DNA from: Naegleria gruberi
Lineage: Eukaryota
Length of the DNA stretch: 64,000 nt
Assembly: GCA_000004985.1 (NCBI GenBank)
Contig: GG738920.1
Direction: 5' to 3' (one strand)
Position numbers and translations under genes: made by a program. The notes under the pieces were generated by a model that was given only the letters and a program-made list of their open reading frames with translations, did no database searches and was not told the origin of the DNA. Below, piece by piece: positions 11,231 to 21,850 of this stretch (position 1 is the first letter of the stretch; every line of letters begins with the position of its first letter).

Positions 11231-11420
11231 CTCTCGGGTTGAATTTCTATACTCTTTTGGATATTCATCTTGAATTTCCTTAAAATGCTCCTCGGAGTTA
11301 TATTGTAAGATAGAGATTTATAAATTTCCTTGCAAGAGCCAGTTGGTAAGCAAAAGGATTGTTCCACTTTGCTATCTGGGATATTTAATAAATGAGGAAT
11401 ATTTTCAAAGTGAATAAGAT

Positions 11421-11492
11421 TCCCGTGTAGTCCAATGGCTAGGATACCTGGCTTTCACCCAGGAGGTCCGGGTTCAATTCCCGGCATGGGAG
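11421..11492 (+). tRNA. tRNA-Glu (anticodon TTC)
   Basis: TCCCGTGTAGTCCAATGGCTAGGATACCTGGCTTTCACCCAGGAGGTCCGGGTTCAATTCCCGGCATGGGAG. The 7-bp acceptor stem pairs (one G-T wobble). Anticodon loop is CTTTCAC, T-loop is GGTTCAATTCC. Confidence 0.85.
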
Positions 11493-11589
11493 AATCATTT
11501 TGTTCATCTGGTGTTTTAATTATTTTGACATGCCAATAATTACAATTATTATCACTCAAGAAAAACCTTGAATTGATGAACAGCTTATC

Positions 11590-11673
11590 GTTTTCTTATT
11601 CAATATTAAGATTTTGAGAAATTTCAAGGGGATTTTTCTCTTATTTCAATATTAAGATTTTGATGATTTGAAT
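11590..11673 (+). repeat. tandem ~25-nt direct repeats (TCTTATT(T)CAATATTAAGATTTTGA) immediately upstream of 5S copy 1
   Basis: Two copies are read directly, with AAATTTCAAGGGGATTTTTC between them. One copy plus the AAATTTCAAGGGGAATTCC element also precede the second 5S copy (24453..24560 on the other strand). Confidence 0.6.
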
Positions 11674-11791
11674 GGCTACGGCCATATCACGATTCATGCA
11701 CCTCATCCCGTCCGATTTGAGAAGTTAAGCATCGTCGAGCCACATCAGTACTGAGGTTGGAGACAACTTGGGAACCTGTGGTGCTGTAGTC
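11674..11791 (+). rRNA. 5S rRNA gene (118 nt)
   Basis: GGCTACGGCCATATCAC...CCCGTCCGATTTGAGAAGTTAAGC...CAGTACTGAGGTTGGAGACAACTTGGGAACCTGTGGTGCTGTAGTC. Conserved 5S blocks are present (GGCCATA, GAAGTTAAGC, AGTACT, TGGGAA). The 5' and 3' ends pair over 9 bp (helix I). A T-run (TTTTAATTT) follows. Confidence 0.85.
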
Positions 11792-11800
11792 TTTTAATTT
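11792..11800 (+). terminator. T-rich Pol III terminator after 5S copy 1
   Basis: TTTTAATTT directly after the 5S 3' end. Confidence 0.4.
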
Positions 11801-11911
11801 TTCTTTCGTTATGAAAAACCGATTAGCAATCGATATCTTTATTTGAAATGTTGAAGTAGCTCACTTCTATGTTCTCCAATCTGTTGCAGATGAAATTTGA
11901 ACAGCCATCTG

Positions 11912-12889
11912 TCATTGTGCAAATGCTAACTTAAAATAACAACCAGATTGCTTAACAGCTGTAAGAACAACCTCTCTATCAACAGCCAATTCCTCAGAAG
12001 CATACATTCGAGCTTGGTAATCTCTCTTGACAGCTGTCATGACTATTTCTCTATCATTCTTCAATTCATCAGATGCAAACTCGAGTACTTTACCATATTG
12101 CTCCACAGCCAACATTACAATTTTCCTATCATTCCTACTTTCTTCAGAAGCATTTTCAAGTGCCCAACCATTTTGCTTAACAGCTTCCATAACAATTTCT
12201 CTGTCACTTTTCAATTCTTCAGAAGCAAATTCCAGTGAACAACCTTTTGATTTAACTGCTGCCAAGACAATTTCTCTATCTTTTGTTATCTCTTCTGAAG
12301 CAAACTGGAGTGCATAACCACAGTGCTCAACTGCAAACTTGACAATTTCTCCATCTTTTTGAAAATCAGTGGCATATCCTAAAGCATCAACACTTCGTTG
12401 AACTGCCAATAAGACAAATGGTCGATAATTCCACAAGTTGAACAATGAAGCAAGCCAACACATTTCGCTATTGCTGAATAGAGAAATGCACAAATCACAA
12501 AGTTGAAATCTTTCTTTTTTACTGTCAATTCCTGATTCTTGAATCAATTGAATTGCTTCTTCTTCTTGTTCGAAACCGAGTTTCAATATGCGATAGGCAA
12601 ATTTGCGGACTTTCTCCTTGTTTCGATCATCTCTACCACAAAATAAGTGTTGTTTCAGATAAGTGGATGCGATATTCGAATCAAGAGTTAGTATTACGGA
12701 ATCTGAATTATCAATATTTTGAAATGAGAATGATTCAGTGTTTGTTTTTTGTATCTTTGAGGATCGACGTTCGTCCTCACTTTCGAATAGTTTTGAAGAA
12801 TCCTTTCTTTTCATTTTTTCCAGTAAATGATTATTTAAAGCATTTAACAAAATTGTAAAATGGCTATTCGATTTTGTAAAACAATTCAT
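11912..12889 (-). CDS. DUF4116 repeat protein (about seven tandem ~37-aa repeats)
   Basis: Repeated units read ...DREIVLAAVKSKGCSLEFASEELKSDREIVMEAVKQNGWALENASEESRNDRKIVMLAVEQYGKVLEFASDELKNDREIVMTAVKRDY... The same repeat family occurs in gene 30205..32028. The ATG at 12889 lies only 15 bp from the divergent ATG at 12904. Confidence 0.75.
   Translation of the reverse strand: MNCFTKSNSHFTILLNALNNHLLEKMKRKDSSKLFESEDERRSSKIQKTNTESFSFQNIDNSDSVILTLDSNIASTYLKQHLFCGRDDRNKEKVRKFAYRILKLGFEQEEEAIQLIQESGIDSKKERFQLCDLCISLFSNSEMCWLASLFNLWNYRPFVLLAVQRSVDALGYATDFQKDGEIVKFAVEHCGYALQFASEEITKDREIVLAAVKSKGCSLEFASEELKSDREIVMEAVKQNGWALENASEESRNDRKIVMLAVEQYGKVLEFASDELKNDREIVMTAVKRDYQARMYASEELAVDREVVLTAVKQSGCYFKLAFAQ
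11940..12420. repeat. coding tandem repeats (DUF4116 units, ~111-nt period) that generate long spurious antisense ORFs
   Basis: The periodic protein repeat is visible in the translation. ORF-track entries 11948..12238(+) and 12027..12317(+) are antisense to it. Confidence 0.6.
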
Positions 12890-12903
12890 AACCTTAAAAA
12901 AAA

Positions 12904-13520
12904 ATGAATCAACACATGAGCTTCATTAGCGAGGAGGAATTTGTTTTTTCATGTTTGGACACTGATCGAGTGGAAACTGTGAGAACCATGCTAGAAAATG
13001 GCGCCAATCCAGAATCGGAATTTGTAGGTTATTTTGCTGCTAACCACCAATGTGAAGAATCAACTCGTCGGATCACGAATATTTTAAATTTATTTTAAAT
13101 TTATTTGATGATGATGGAATTGTTATTGATGAATGGAATAATGAAAATTATAATAATAATAATGAAGAATGGATCGAGTGCATTGATGGTTGCTTGTTTT
13201 TCTGGAAATTCAAAAGTTGTCCGAATGCTTATTCAATGTGGAGCAAGCCTTGATAGGAAAAATCAGGAAGATGAAGGTGTTGTATTTGTGGCTGCAAAGA
13301 ATAATCAAGTGGAAGTGTTGAGGATTTTACTGGAGCATATGGCTCCTCTTCTTCCCAACAAGGTAATTGTCATAATTTAAATTAATATTATTAATTTAAT
13401 ATTTAATTATTGTATAATTGATAATATTAGGATGGTTTAACTCCGTATCAAATTGCTTCAAAACTTAACCATGTGGAATGTGCAAGAACAATCAGTGATT
13501 ATATGAAATCCATTTATTAA
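12904..13520 (+). CDS. small ankyrin-repeat protein. Exons 12904..13023, 13168..13362, 13431..13520.
   Basis: Spliced product is MNQHMSFISEEEFVFSCLDTDRVETVRTMLENGANPESEF|NGSSALMVACFSGNSKVVRMLIQCGASLDRKNQEDEGVVFVAAKNNQVEVLRILLEHMAPLLPNK|DGLTPYQIASKLNHVECARTISDYMKSIY. Donors are GTAGGT and GTAATT, acceptors are ...aatgaag and ...atattag. Ankyrin consensus (G-TAL--A...LL--GA) is visible. Confidence 0.65.
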
Positions 13521-13700
13521 TCATGTAATATTTTGTAATTGAAAGTTAAAATTAAAAAAATGGAAAAGCAATGAATCACAAAACGATAGAGAAATAATTC
13601 GAATCACTAATTCACACAAAAAGAACGAGTAACAATAATATTAACTTATTGTGAGGAAGGACCCGGTCGGAGAATTCACATTGAAATTCACCAAAAAAAA

Positions 13701-16700
13701 ATGCACAACTCCTCACCACAATTCCTTAATAACATAACAAGGAACATCACAGGGAGAAGAAATTCGCTTTTCCTTTTTATGATGATGACTGTCATCATGA
13801 TCCTAATAACAAATTCATTAGAAATAACTGGTAGTGCAAATAATCAGATGAAACCACTCTCTTACAAGATATCGACAATCGCTGGTCAGGGTTTGATTTC
13901 GGAACAAGATAATTTGAAAGCAAGTTTTGGTTTTGCATCAATGATCTTTATGAATAGGAATGAGAAGGGAGAACAAGTTGAAGATATACTTCTTGTTGAT
14001 GATATCAATTTAGCTGTTAGGAGATTAACTTTTAGAAAGAATGATCAGAATGAGTTCATACCTTCGACAGTAAAAGTATTGGCTGGTGGTATTCCTATGG
14101 AACCTTCACTAGCATATATGAAACCTAAGTTATTGACAATTTCTGAAGGAGGTGATGATGATGAGAATGGTAGAGGAGAAATTTATGTGTTTGAGGAGAG
14201 GAATGGAGGAATGATCAAGAAGATTGACAGGAAGGGAGATTTGCAATTAATTGCCAAATCCTCGAGTGATTCATTCGTATGTGAAGAAGTGAGCTTGGAT
14301 AAGGCAAATTGGGTCTCAATTTCGGATATGAAATATTCAAGAGAAGGAATGGAGGAGGTTTTATATCTTGTTGATTCTAAAAAGATTATTTTGAGAGCTT
14401 CCCTAACAAGAAGAACTATCAAAGCAATAACTAAATGTGTAAAAGATATTACAAATGCTATAATTGATAGTGCCGATCCTTCAGATTTCATTGAAATTAA
14501 TAGTATTTTTGTAAGAAAGAATAGCGAAAATAAGGTAATTCTATATGTTGCTGACAGTAACTCATTGAAAAAGATTGAGCAAGATGGAAATGTATCCAAA
14601 ATTGCTGGAAATGGAAAAGATTACCTGACTGATGCAGATGTATCTACCAACGCACTAAACACAACAGTTTATCCAACCAAGATATTTGTAAATTCTGGAG
14701 GAGAAATTTTATTCACAGAAATGAAGTTTAACAAAATCAGAAAGTTAGACATTCATGGAAATGTTGTATCTATCCAAAGAAATCCGTTTGTCCTCTCGAA
14801 GGGAGTGCTTCAGTCACCTCTCACTAATAATATTTACTTTGAGGAACATAATATAATTTACAAAATGACAGATAAGGGAAATGAACCAATGTTTGGAAAT
14901 GGAACTATTAACAGTCTTAATGGAGTACATGCCATGCAAGCAAGAATTAATCCAATTTCAGTACAAGTTTCATCCAAATCTGGAAAGGATATTATTACTG
15001 TTTTGGATTCTGAGGAATATTTCAAATCAAGAGTAATTGATGAAAATCAAATTATTCAAACAGTAATAGGAGGAGGAATATATAATTTATTGGATATTGA
15101 AGGGATTGATGCATTGAGTGTTCAATTTGTAAAGAATGTTAAAAATTCATTCAGATCCAACAATGGAGATCAATATATTGTGCTGAGCTCAGAATTATTC
15201 AAAATCAATGATGAAGGTAAACTGGTTAGAGTTATTGGATCTGGTTCAAAATTTGCAGGAGATGGTCATAGTGCTTTGTCAGCTATCCTTAATGAACCAA
15301 GTGGTGTTTTTTATTCGAAAACATTAGGAAAAACCTTTATTGCAGATTCAAAGAATGACAGAGTTAGAGTTATTTCTAAAGAGGGTGTTATCTCAACTAT
15401 CATTGGTAAATTGGAGGGCACTGTAGATAACCCAAGAGATGTGATGGAAAGAAATGGATATTTGTACTACGCTGAAAGATCAATTATTTGCAAAATTGAT
15501 TTGGTATCGAATGAACTAGAAGTTATGGTTGGTAATAGACAAACTTCTTTTAATGGTGATGGAAAGAAAGGAAATGAAACATCTATTGGTCCAGAGAGTA
15601 TTTATGTGACTGAAGAAGGTGATATTTACTTTGCTGACATTTCAAATCATCGAATTAGAAAGTGGACAAGAAAAACCGATCTAGTTTCAACAATTGCTGG
15701 AACTGGTGTGCAAGGCTCCAGTGAAGATGGAATTCTGGCAACAAATTCCACAATTGACTCACCATCTGGTGTCTATTTGAATAGAAAGGGAGAGGTTTAT
15801 TTTGTGGAAAGTGAGAGCCATAAAATCAGAAAGATTACATCTGAAGGCAAACTCTTAACCCTCTTCCAAGTGAGATCTCCACACCGATTGATTGTTACAA
15901 GTAATGACGAAGTTATTGTTTCACATGATGCATTCATTACCAAATATTCGAATGGTGAGGTAACAGCAGTTGCAGGATCTAGAATGAAATCGTATCCCGA
16001 ATTGGACGATGATCCATTCGAAACATATTTTGGTTCAATTGGTGGTCTTTCATTTGGAGAGACAGAATCGGATTTACTCTTTGCCAATCCAAAATTTGAT
16101 TTAATTAGAAAGATTTCAAATGGATCCCTATCGAATGTTGCAGGTAGTCATGGAGACGGATTGAATGCACTCGAAGCTAGATTTATGGATATTTCCTCTG
16201 TGGTAGTGAGTCCAGACAATGAGTTGTTCATTGCCGATTCAATGGATCATACTATTAGAAAAGTTTCTAGTGACGGTATTGTTTCAACCATTGCTGGTGT
16301 CTCACAAATTCATGGCTATAACTTATATGATCCACAAGAGAGCATTCTCAATGGACCTACTTCACTTTCTAGTGCAAAAAATGGTGATTTATTCTTCATC
16401 GATCAAAAGAATTATGTCATTCGAAAGATTTCCAATGGAATAGTTACCACAATTATTGGAACACCAAACGAGAGATGCGATATGGAAGAAGGAAAGAGAG
16501 GAAGAGAAACCTGTTTGAGTATGCCACAAAGTCTCGCAGTTTCACCAGGAGGAGATGCTCTTGTTTTTTCTGATCTCTCAACAATAGGAATTTTCCATTA
16601 CAACCTCAATGATGAGAATGCAGTTATTAGACGAATTGCTGGATTTGAAAATGTTATAGGATATAATGGAGATGGAGAAGCCACTACAACATTGATTTCA

Positions 16701-17168
16701 CATGTGCCAAGTTTGGCATTCTCTAACGATGGTTTATCCGTCTATTTTGTTGATAGCAGTAATAATCTTATTAGAAAGCTATCACCTTATTGTCCAGAGG
16801 ATTATGAACTCTCTGAAAAATTACAACAATGCACTGAGAAAGTCATTCCACATCCTAACGAGAGTCCAAAGAAACCAAAACCTCATTTCTCAATGTTCAT
16901 TCCAGGGAATTCTAACATGAGTGGAATGATTAGTGAAAATCTTATGGCTCTACTTCTAGTAACAATTGGATCTGTACTCATTTTGTCAATCATTCTGGCA
17001 GGAGCTATTTATTACTTGCTCAAGAATAGAGAAAGTCAAAAACATTATCAGAAAGTTGAAAGAGATGAAATTCCTGAAGATGTGGATGATAATGATATAG
17101 GAAAATTCTCACTTGGAGCTGATCTTGAAGAAGAAGAAGAAGAAACAGAGGATATTGAAATGATTTAA
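13701..17168 (+). CDS. NHL-repeat type I transmembrane protein (1155 aa)
   Basis: Hydrophobic N-terminal signal (MMMTVIMILITNSL). Multiple NHL-like units end in h-x-R/K-I-R-K motifs (NDRVRVIS, NHRIRKWT, SHKIRKIT, DHTIRKVS, NYVIRKIS, NNLIRKLS). A C-terminal TM (LMALLLVTIGSVLILSIILAGAIYYLL) is followed by an acidic cytoplasmic tail. Single exon. Confidence 0.75.
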   Translation: MHNSSPQFLNNITRNITGRRNSLFLFMMMTVIMILITNSLEITGSANNQMKPLSYKISTIAGQGLISEQDNLKASFGFASMIFMNRNEKGEQVEDILLVDDINLAVRRLTFRKNDQNEFIPSTVKVLAGGIPMEPSLAYMKPKLLTISEGGDDDENGRGEIYVFEERNGGMIKKIDRKGDLQLIAKSSSDSFVCEEVSLDKANWVSISDMKYSREGMEEVLYLVDSKKIILRASLTRRTIKAITKCVKDITNAIIDSADPSDFIEINSIFVRKNSENKVILYVADSNSLKKIEQDGNVSKIAGNGKDYLTDADVSTNALNTTVYPTKIFVNSGGEILFTEMKFNKIRKLDIHGNVVSIQRNPFVLSKGVLQSPLTNNIYFEEHNIIYKMTDKGNEPMFGNGTINSLNGVHAMQARINPISVQVSSKSGKDIITVLDSEEYFKSRVIDENQIIQTVIGGGIYNLLDIEGIDALSVQFVKNVKNSFRSNNGDQYIVLSSELFKINDEGKLVRVIGSGSKFAGDGHSALSAILNEPSGVFYSKTLGKTFIADSKNDRVRVISKEGVISTIIGKLEGTVDNPRDVMERNGYLYYAERSIICKIDLVSNELEVMVGNRQTSFNGDGKKGNETSIGPESIYVTEEGDIYFADISNHRIRKWTRKTDLVSTIAGTGVQGSSEDGILATNSTIDSPSGVYLNRKGEVYFVESESHKIRKITSEGKLLTLFQVRSPHRLIVTSNDEVIVSHDAFITKYSNGEVTAVAGSRMKSYPELDDDPFETYFGSIGGLSFGETESDLLFANPKFDLIRKISNGSLSNVAGSHGDGLNALEARFMDISSVVVSPDNELFIADSMDHTIRKVSSDGIVSTIAGVSQIHGYNLYDPQESILNGPTSLSSAKNGDLFFIDQKNYVIRKISNGIVTTIIGTPNERCDMEEGKRGRETCLSMPQSLAVSPGGDALVFSDLSTIGIFHYNLNDENAVIRRIAGFENVIGYNGDGEATTTLISHVPSLAFSNDGLSVYFVDSSNNLIRKLSPYCPEDYELSEKLQQCTEKVIPHPNESPKKPKPHFSMFIPGNSNMSGMISENLMALLLVTIGSVLILSIILAGAIYYLLKNRESQKHYQKVERDEIPEDVDDNDIGKFSLGADLEEEEEETEDIEMI

Positions 17169-17254
17169 AATTAAATTATATAATACTTAATACTTTACAA
17201 TCACTATTTAAAAAAAATATAAAAAAATATAAAAAAAAAAATTTAAAAAAAAAT

Positions 17255-17641
17255 ATGGCCAACACCTCACGAAGCCTTCTCGATCTAGGCGTTCTCATCA
17301 AATTCCTCCTCCAACTCCCGGTTCGTCTCCTCAACACTGCTACTACACTCTCCAAGAATGCCCTCTACATGATGACCCTAGTATTATTTGCCGATTACTT
17401 GTACCTGAGAAATCAAATTCTAAAACGACAATACAAACAATTAACAGGTCGGTTGTATGTTCCATTGCATAATCGATTGGGAGAGTTGGTTGGATCGGCT
17501 ACGTATCTTTCACTTCCTTCACCGAATACAACAAGATCGATTAGAATGGCTTCTGGTTCTTCTGGTGCTTCCATTGGAGGTGCTTTAGGAGAAGAGGAAG
17601 AGAGTGGTTCCTTGATTAATTATAATGGAAGAAGAAATTAA
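17255..17641 (+). CDS. hypothetical small protein (128 aa)
   Basis: ATG-initiated ORF after an A-rich tract. Composition is GC-richer than its surroundings. No family recognised, so it could be non-coding. Confidence 0.3.
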   Translation: MANTSRSLLDLGVLIKFLLQLPVRLLNTATTLSKNALYMMTLVLFADYLYLRNQILKRQYKQLTGRLYVPLHNRLGELVGSATYLSLPSPNTTRSIRMASGSSGASIGGALGEEEESGSLINYNGRRN

Positions 17642-18117
17642 TTATTGTTGTTAATTTTGATGATGAAGATGATGTTAGTAAATGATGCTATGATATGATG
17701 AATACTATTTAATTGAGATTTTGATCAAAGATGCATGCAGAGATGATGTGGGACGGATGTGCATATCGGATTTATATTTCAATTAGATCTTTCTATATAA
17801 GAATTATTGAACGGACGTGAAAATCATGAATCCAAAATTGTAAATTATGAACACATGATTGATGATGATTGAATACACAAACCATGTTTTGTATTATTAT
17901 CGTGACTATTGCATGACGTTTTGCAGGACTCCAATCACATGATCAGTTGAGACCTCACTTTGAGACTCCAATCAAGAATGTGGCTGCCATGCTGAATATT
18001 TCATTGAGCATTAGCATGCATGAAATATCTAATGATATTTAAACTAGAGTAAATGCATGAGATGGATGAGAATGCATACATATATTAAACCAACTTGATA
18101 TAACATTTGGAATTACA

Positions 18118-19143
18118 TTAATGACCAGTTTTAGCTTTTACATATTGATAAAAATCAGAGCTGAACAATGAAACTCTCCATGTATGTTTGCTCTGCTTGA
18201 ATAGATGTGGATTCTCCTTAGCCAATCGTTTGAATTCCTCACTAGTTAGAACTAATTTACATTCCTTCTCTGGAAACTCCTTTTCAAACATGGGAACAAA
18301 ATTGACCAACACGCGAGTTCTGGAGCTGATTGCTTTGAATGCTCCCACGAGGTAATACGTTTTCGAACCCCAATTGACCACCATTTGAGAAGGATCAATC
18401 TCGCTATGGTCTGAACTAGATGATTCATCAAATGCCATTGAACTAAATGTAATGCATGCGGGTGTAGAAGATGATGATGGAGTTTTTCCATTAGAATTAG
18501 ATGTTTTTCTCTTAGTTGGGGTTGATTCTCGAATGCATTCATCTCTCTTCCTCTTAAATTGCGCAATTTCATCCTTTAATTGCTTATTTTCCATTTGTAA
18601 TTGATTAATAATTAGCATTTGCTGCTCACATCTATGTTCCAGATTAATGTTTTCAAATTGAGATTTGGACATGTGCATGTTAGATGTGTCCTGCATTTCA
18701 TTCTTCATGTTTACACGTTGATAATTAGTAGTGGAAAGTATTACATCTTGTTTTAACTCCATGATGTTAGATGGCGATGCAACATGTTGATGTAACATCT
18801 TACTTGGTTGTTGATAAGATGGAGCTGTGTAAATTACATGTGATATTTGAGAAGGTCGAAGAACTGGAGGTGATGTGTGTTTCAATGTGTCCATGCTTGT
18901 TACTACAAATGGGTTTGCAATTGAACCATTGCTATGGATATTAGGTATTGAGTTGATTCTTTGAGTGGAAAACACATCGTGTTGAGATTCATGTGGTGGT
19001 AGATGGTTAAGAGAAGGATGACTATTCGAAACTAGATCCTTTATGGATGGTAGCATGTTTGTTGTTGGTAAATGTTGTAAACATGTGTTGGTATTCATTG
19101 GGACATTATTTGCAATGACATTTGTTTGCTGGTTATTAGACAT
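18118..19143 (-). CDS. hypothetical coiled-coil protein with a conserved-looking C-terminal domain
   Basis: ATG (MSNNQQTNV...) lies within the longer track ORF, which starts at GTG. Central heptad/leucine-zipper-like segment is INQLQMENKQLKDEIAQFKRKRDECIRE. The C-terminal ~110 aa are non-low-complexity (WGSKTYYLVGAFKAISSRTRVLVNFVPMFEKEF...). Confidence 0.6.
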   Translation of the reverse strand: MSNNQQTNVIANNVPMNTNTCLQHLPTTNMLPSIKDLVSNSHPSLNHLPPHESQHDVFSTQRINSIPNIHSNGSIANPFVVTSMDTLKHTSPPVLRPSQISHVIYTAPSYQQPSKMLHQHVASPSNIMELKQDVILSTTNYQRVNMKNEMQDTSNMHMSKSQFENINLEHRCEQQMLIINQLQMENKQLKDEIAQFKRKRDECIRESTPTKRKTSNSNGKTPSSSSTPACITFSSMAFDESSSSDHSEIDPSQMVVNWGSKTYYLVGAFKAISSRTRVLVNFVPMFEKEFPEKECKLVLTSEEFKRLAKENPHLFKQSKHTWRVSLFSSDFYQYVKAKTGH

Positions 19144-19754
19144 TGCTATTTTTTTAAGTTGAGATTCGAATATTCGGCGCCAGCCGCACCTCAGCTTCAC
19201 GTTGCGGAGTATTCCTGTGCCACAACTTTTTCAAAAAATGGCACCAAACATCTACCAAAACATCGTTGATAGATGTCGACATGCATTTGAAATACTATAT
19301 ATTTCGAATAAATTGAATTCAATGATTGATCATATCTCTCAATTCTGAATGAAGATCATAAAATGACAACGTTCACCTTACGGTACCAATTAACTCTTCA
19401 TGAAGAAATGTTCTAAATGAGTGTAGAAAAAAGTAATTGAAGTCAATGATTCCTCTGTGTCCATTGACATCTAGTTACAGTAGTCGATGGTGTGTATGAT
19501 GAGTATGATGAAAATGAACCTTTTATTGATTTGTTGATGTATTCATAATTATCATTTATCGTCGATCAATATTTAATTCAGGTATGGAAATGCCAAATTT
19601 ATCATTTAGGTCGCGACAAAGTTCGGTAGCTCACTGAAATCTGGTTGCGAGAGATTTGTTGTGATTTACCAAACATTTATTAAAATTATCATTCAACATT
19701 TAAACATGTTTCAACTTTTCAAATGTTCATTTAATTACAAATTTAAGCTTCATT

Positions 19755-20348
19755 TCAACACAATTTTGAAACTTGTAAATTAATGCAAACTTCATTATCA
19801 GGCGTATAGACTCTCTCATGTGGAATGGTTTTTGTCTTTTTACTGATATGAGCCAATTCAGTACAATCTACAATCTCCACAAAATCCTCTCCATTCCTAA
19901 ATGTTTCTCTCTTTTTAATTCCTAATTGTAAATCCCTCCTCCTCTTAATTGGCTCCAATTCTGGTGAATAATCAGGATCCCACTGAGCTCTAGTCAACCC
20001 AGCTCCAGCTCCTTTCAATCTTGCCTTTTTCAAAATATCATCATAGGCACTTTTTTTCAACCACAACCCAAGAATTCTTGTCTGATTTTGCTTAGTTGCA
20101 TAATTTGATCGATACATCATCCATAGCCAATTGGATTTCACCCAGGTCATTCGGGTATCATTATACGAAGGACATCCATCAAACTTTTGATGTTTGACCG
20201 CATAATCTGCAATTTCATCATTAAATGCTTGATAAACAAGAACCGCATCCTCGGTATAGCTTGCAATTATGTGATTTCCGTCATCGGGCCACTCGTTTCT
20301 TGCCTCTCCGTACGGAATAAGCGTGAGGGTTCGTTGATTGTTTGCCAT
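19755..20348 (-). CDS. DUF4291-like protein (197 aa)
   Basis: Translation MANNQRTLTLIPYGEARNEW...RMTWVKSNWLWMMYRSNYATKQNQTRILGLWLKKSAYDDILKKA resembles the conserved core of DUF4291 proteins as I recall it. This needs an HMM check. Single exon. Confidence 0.6.
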   Translation of the reverse strand: MANNQRTLTLIPYGEARNEWPDDGNHIIASYTEDAVLVYQAFNDEIADYAVKHQKFDGCPSYNDTRMTWVKSNWLWMMYRSNYATKQNQTRILGLWLKKSAYDDILKKARLKGAGAGLTRAQWDPDYSPELEPIKRRRDLQLGIKKRETFRNGEDFVEIVDCTELAHISKKTKTIPHERVYTPDNEVCINLQVSKLC

Positions 20349-21850
20349 TTTTTTTTTGTTGAGATTTTTAATTTTAGATTTTGTAAATTTTATAAATTTG
20401 GAACTGAAAATTAAGGATTTACATTTGGAAATTGAAATTGTAAAGTTGTGTGAATTGACAAATAATTTTCAATAGAGGAATCGTCTATGCTATCTGAAAT
20501 ATCTGATGCCACGTCTGGAGATTGGCTTTGCACATGATTTTAAGCAATTTGGCAAAACAACTTTTTTGTGTTTTAAAATTCTTTATTTTGAAACAAGACA
20601 AGAAATCAAACAACAAGCTTTTGATAATTAGCTGAAGATTGAGCCAACTTTGAAATCTTTTCAAATAACATAAGTCTTTTCAATAATTGCCAAATCCTTA
20701 ACATTTTCATCTCACGATATGGCAATGAAATTTGATGTAAACGCGCTACATCTCAGTTCACAACCATCAATGATTGTTTTCGGACACCAAATCAATGACA
20801 CTTATTGAATTCACGTTCCATAAGTTTATTCTGAGTTTCGAATAATCTCTCTATTATCATCTCTCTCCTGTTGGCCACGTACGTTTGTCACAACACATTG
20901 ATGTGTTTTTCTGAGAAAAATACAATTTCCTTTTTTGCATTTTCATAAAAGGCATAAAAAATAGCCGTTTAATAACGAAAATTTGTAATTTTTATGAAAT
21001 TCATGGCATCGAACACACATCTATTTGATGTGAATTGATAAATTTGAATTGATACAATTCTCTTCCAAATTTGGAAAAATGTTGAATTTGGAAATTATTC
21101 GAATATGGTGCGAGTTGAATGTGAGGAATTATGCCTTACTATTGTACCGAAACGAAACTGAAATTTAGTATAGACTTTCTAATACTAAAATACTATTTAA
21201 TATATTTTTCAATGAAAATGAATGTATAATTTATCAATGCTTGTTAATCAAAACGTGTTTTTCAATTTTCATGTTACATTGCAAATTAATAAAAACAAGA
21301 TTGAGAACAAGTAATTATACTAATGGGTATTAAAGCTCAGGGACTGTTACACCTTTAAGGTGATTCAGCCTTGAGACCTGCTTTAATGGATATAAATCTT
21401 TATTAGCAGGTCCCGAGATTAATAAATATGGCTCTTATAAAAAAACTTATCAATAGTATTAGTAAAGATAAGAAAAAAATTAGGAGGTGCGAATAGGATG
21501 GCATAACTAAACTGAAATTAAAATAAAAAAGATATCATTTGATGATATCTGAAACCTCACTTCAATGAACACTTACCAAGAATCATTGAGAGCGTAAAAA
21601 AGGTTGAATAAGGGTGGGACTAATTGGGTGGGAGTTATCTGCAGAAGGTGAGCTAAGGTCTTTCGTTTTCTTGTTGTTCTTTGGTGTAGTTGGTGTTGGG
21701 GCCATTGTGATAATTTTTTGAGCATGGAAAAATACTCAACTTATATTTTATTAAGTTTACAATGAAAACAAGTCCATTCTTCACTTCGCTCAGAATTAGA
21801 CATCACGTTTGCTAAATTAAGAAAGATCAAAAACTTTCAAACATAAAAAA

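Noticed and set aside
11948-12317. Plus-strand ORFs 11948..12238 and 12027..12317 (96 aa each), similar plus-strand ORFs at 30844..31455, and 12553..12858.
   Set aside because: They are antisense to the DUF4116 repeat genes. Periodic coding repeats give long stop-free antisense frames. Their translations are low-complexity, and they overlap better-supported minus-strand genes.
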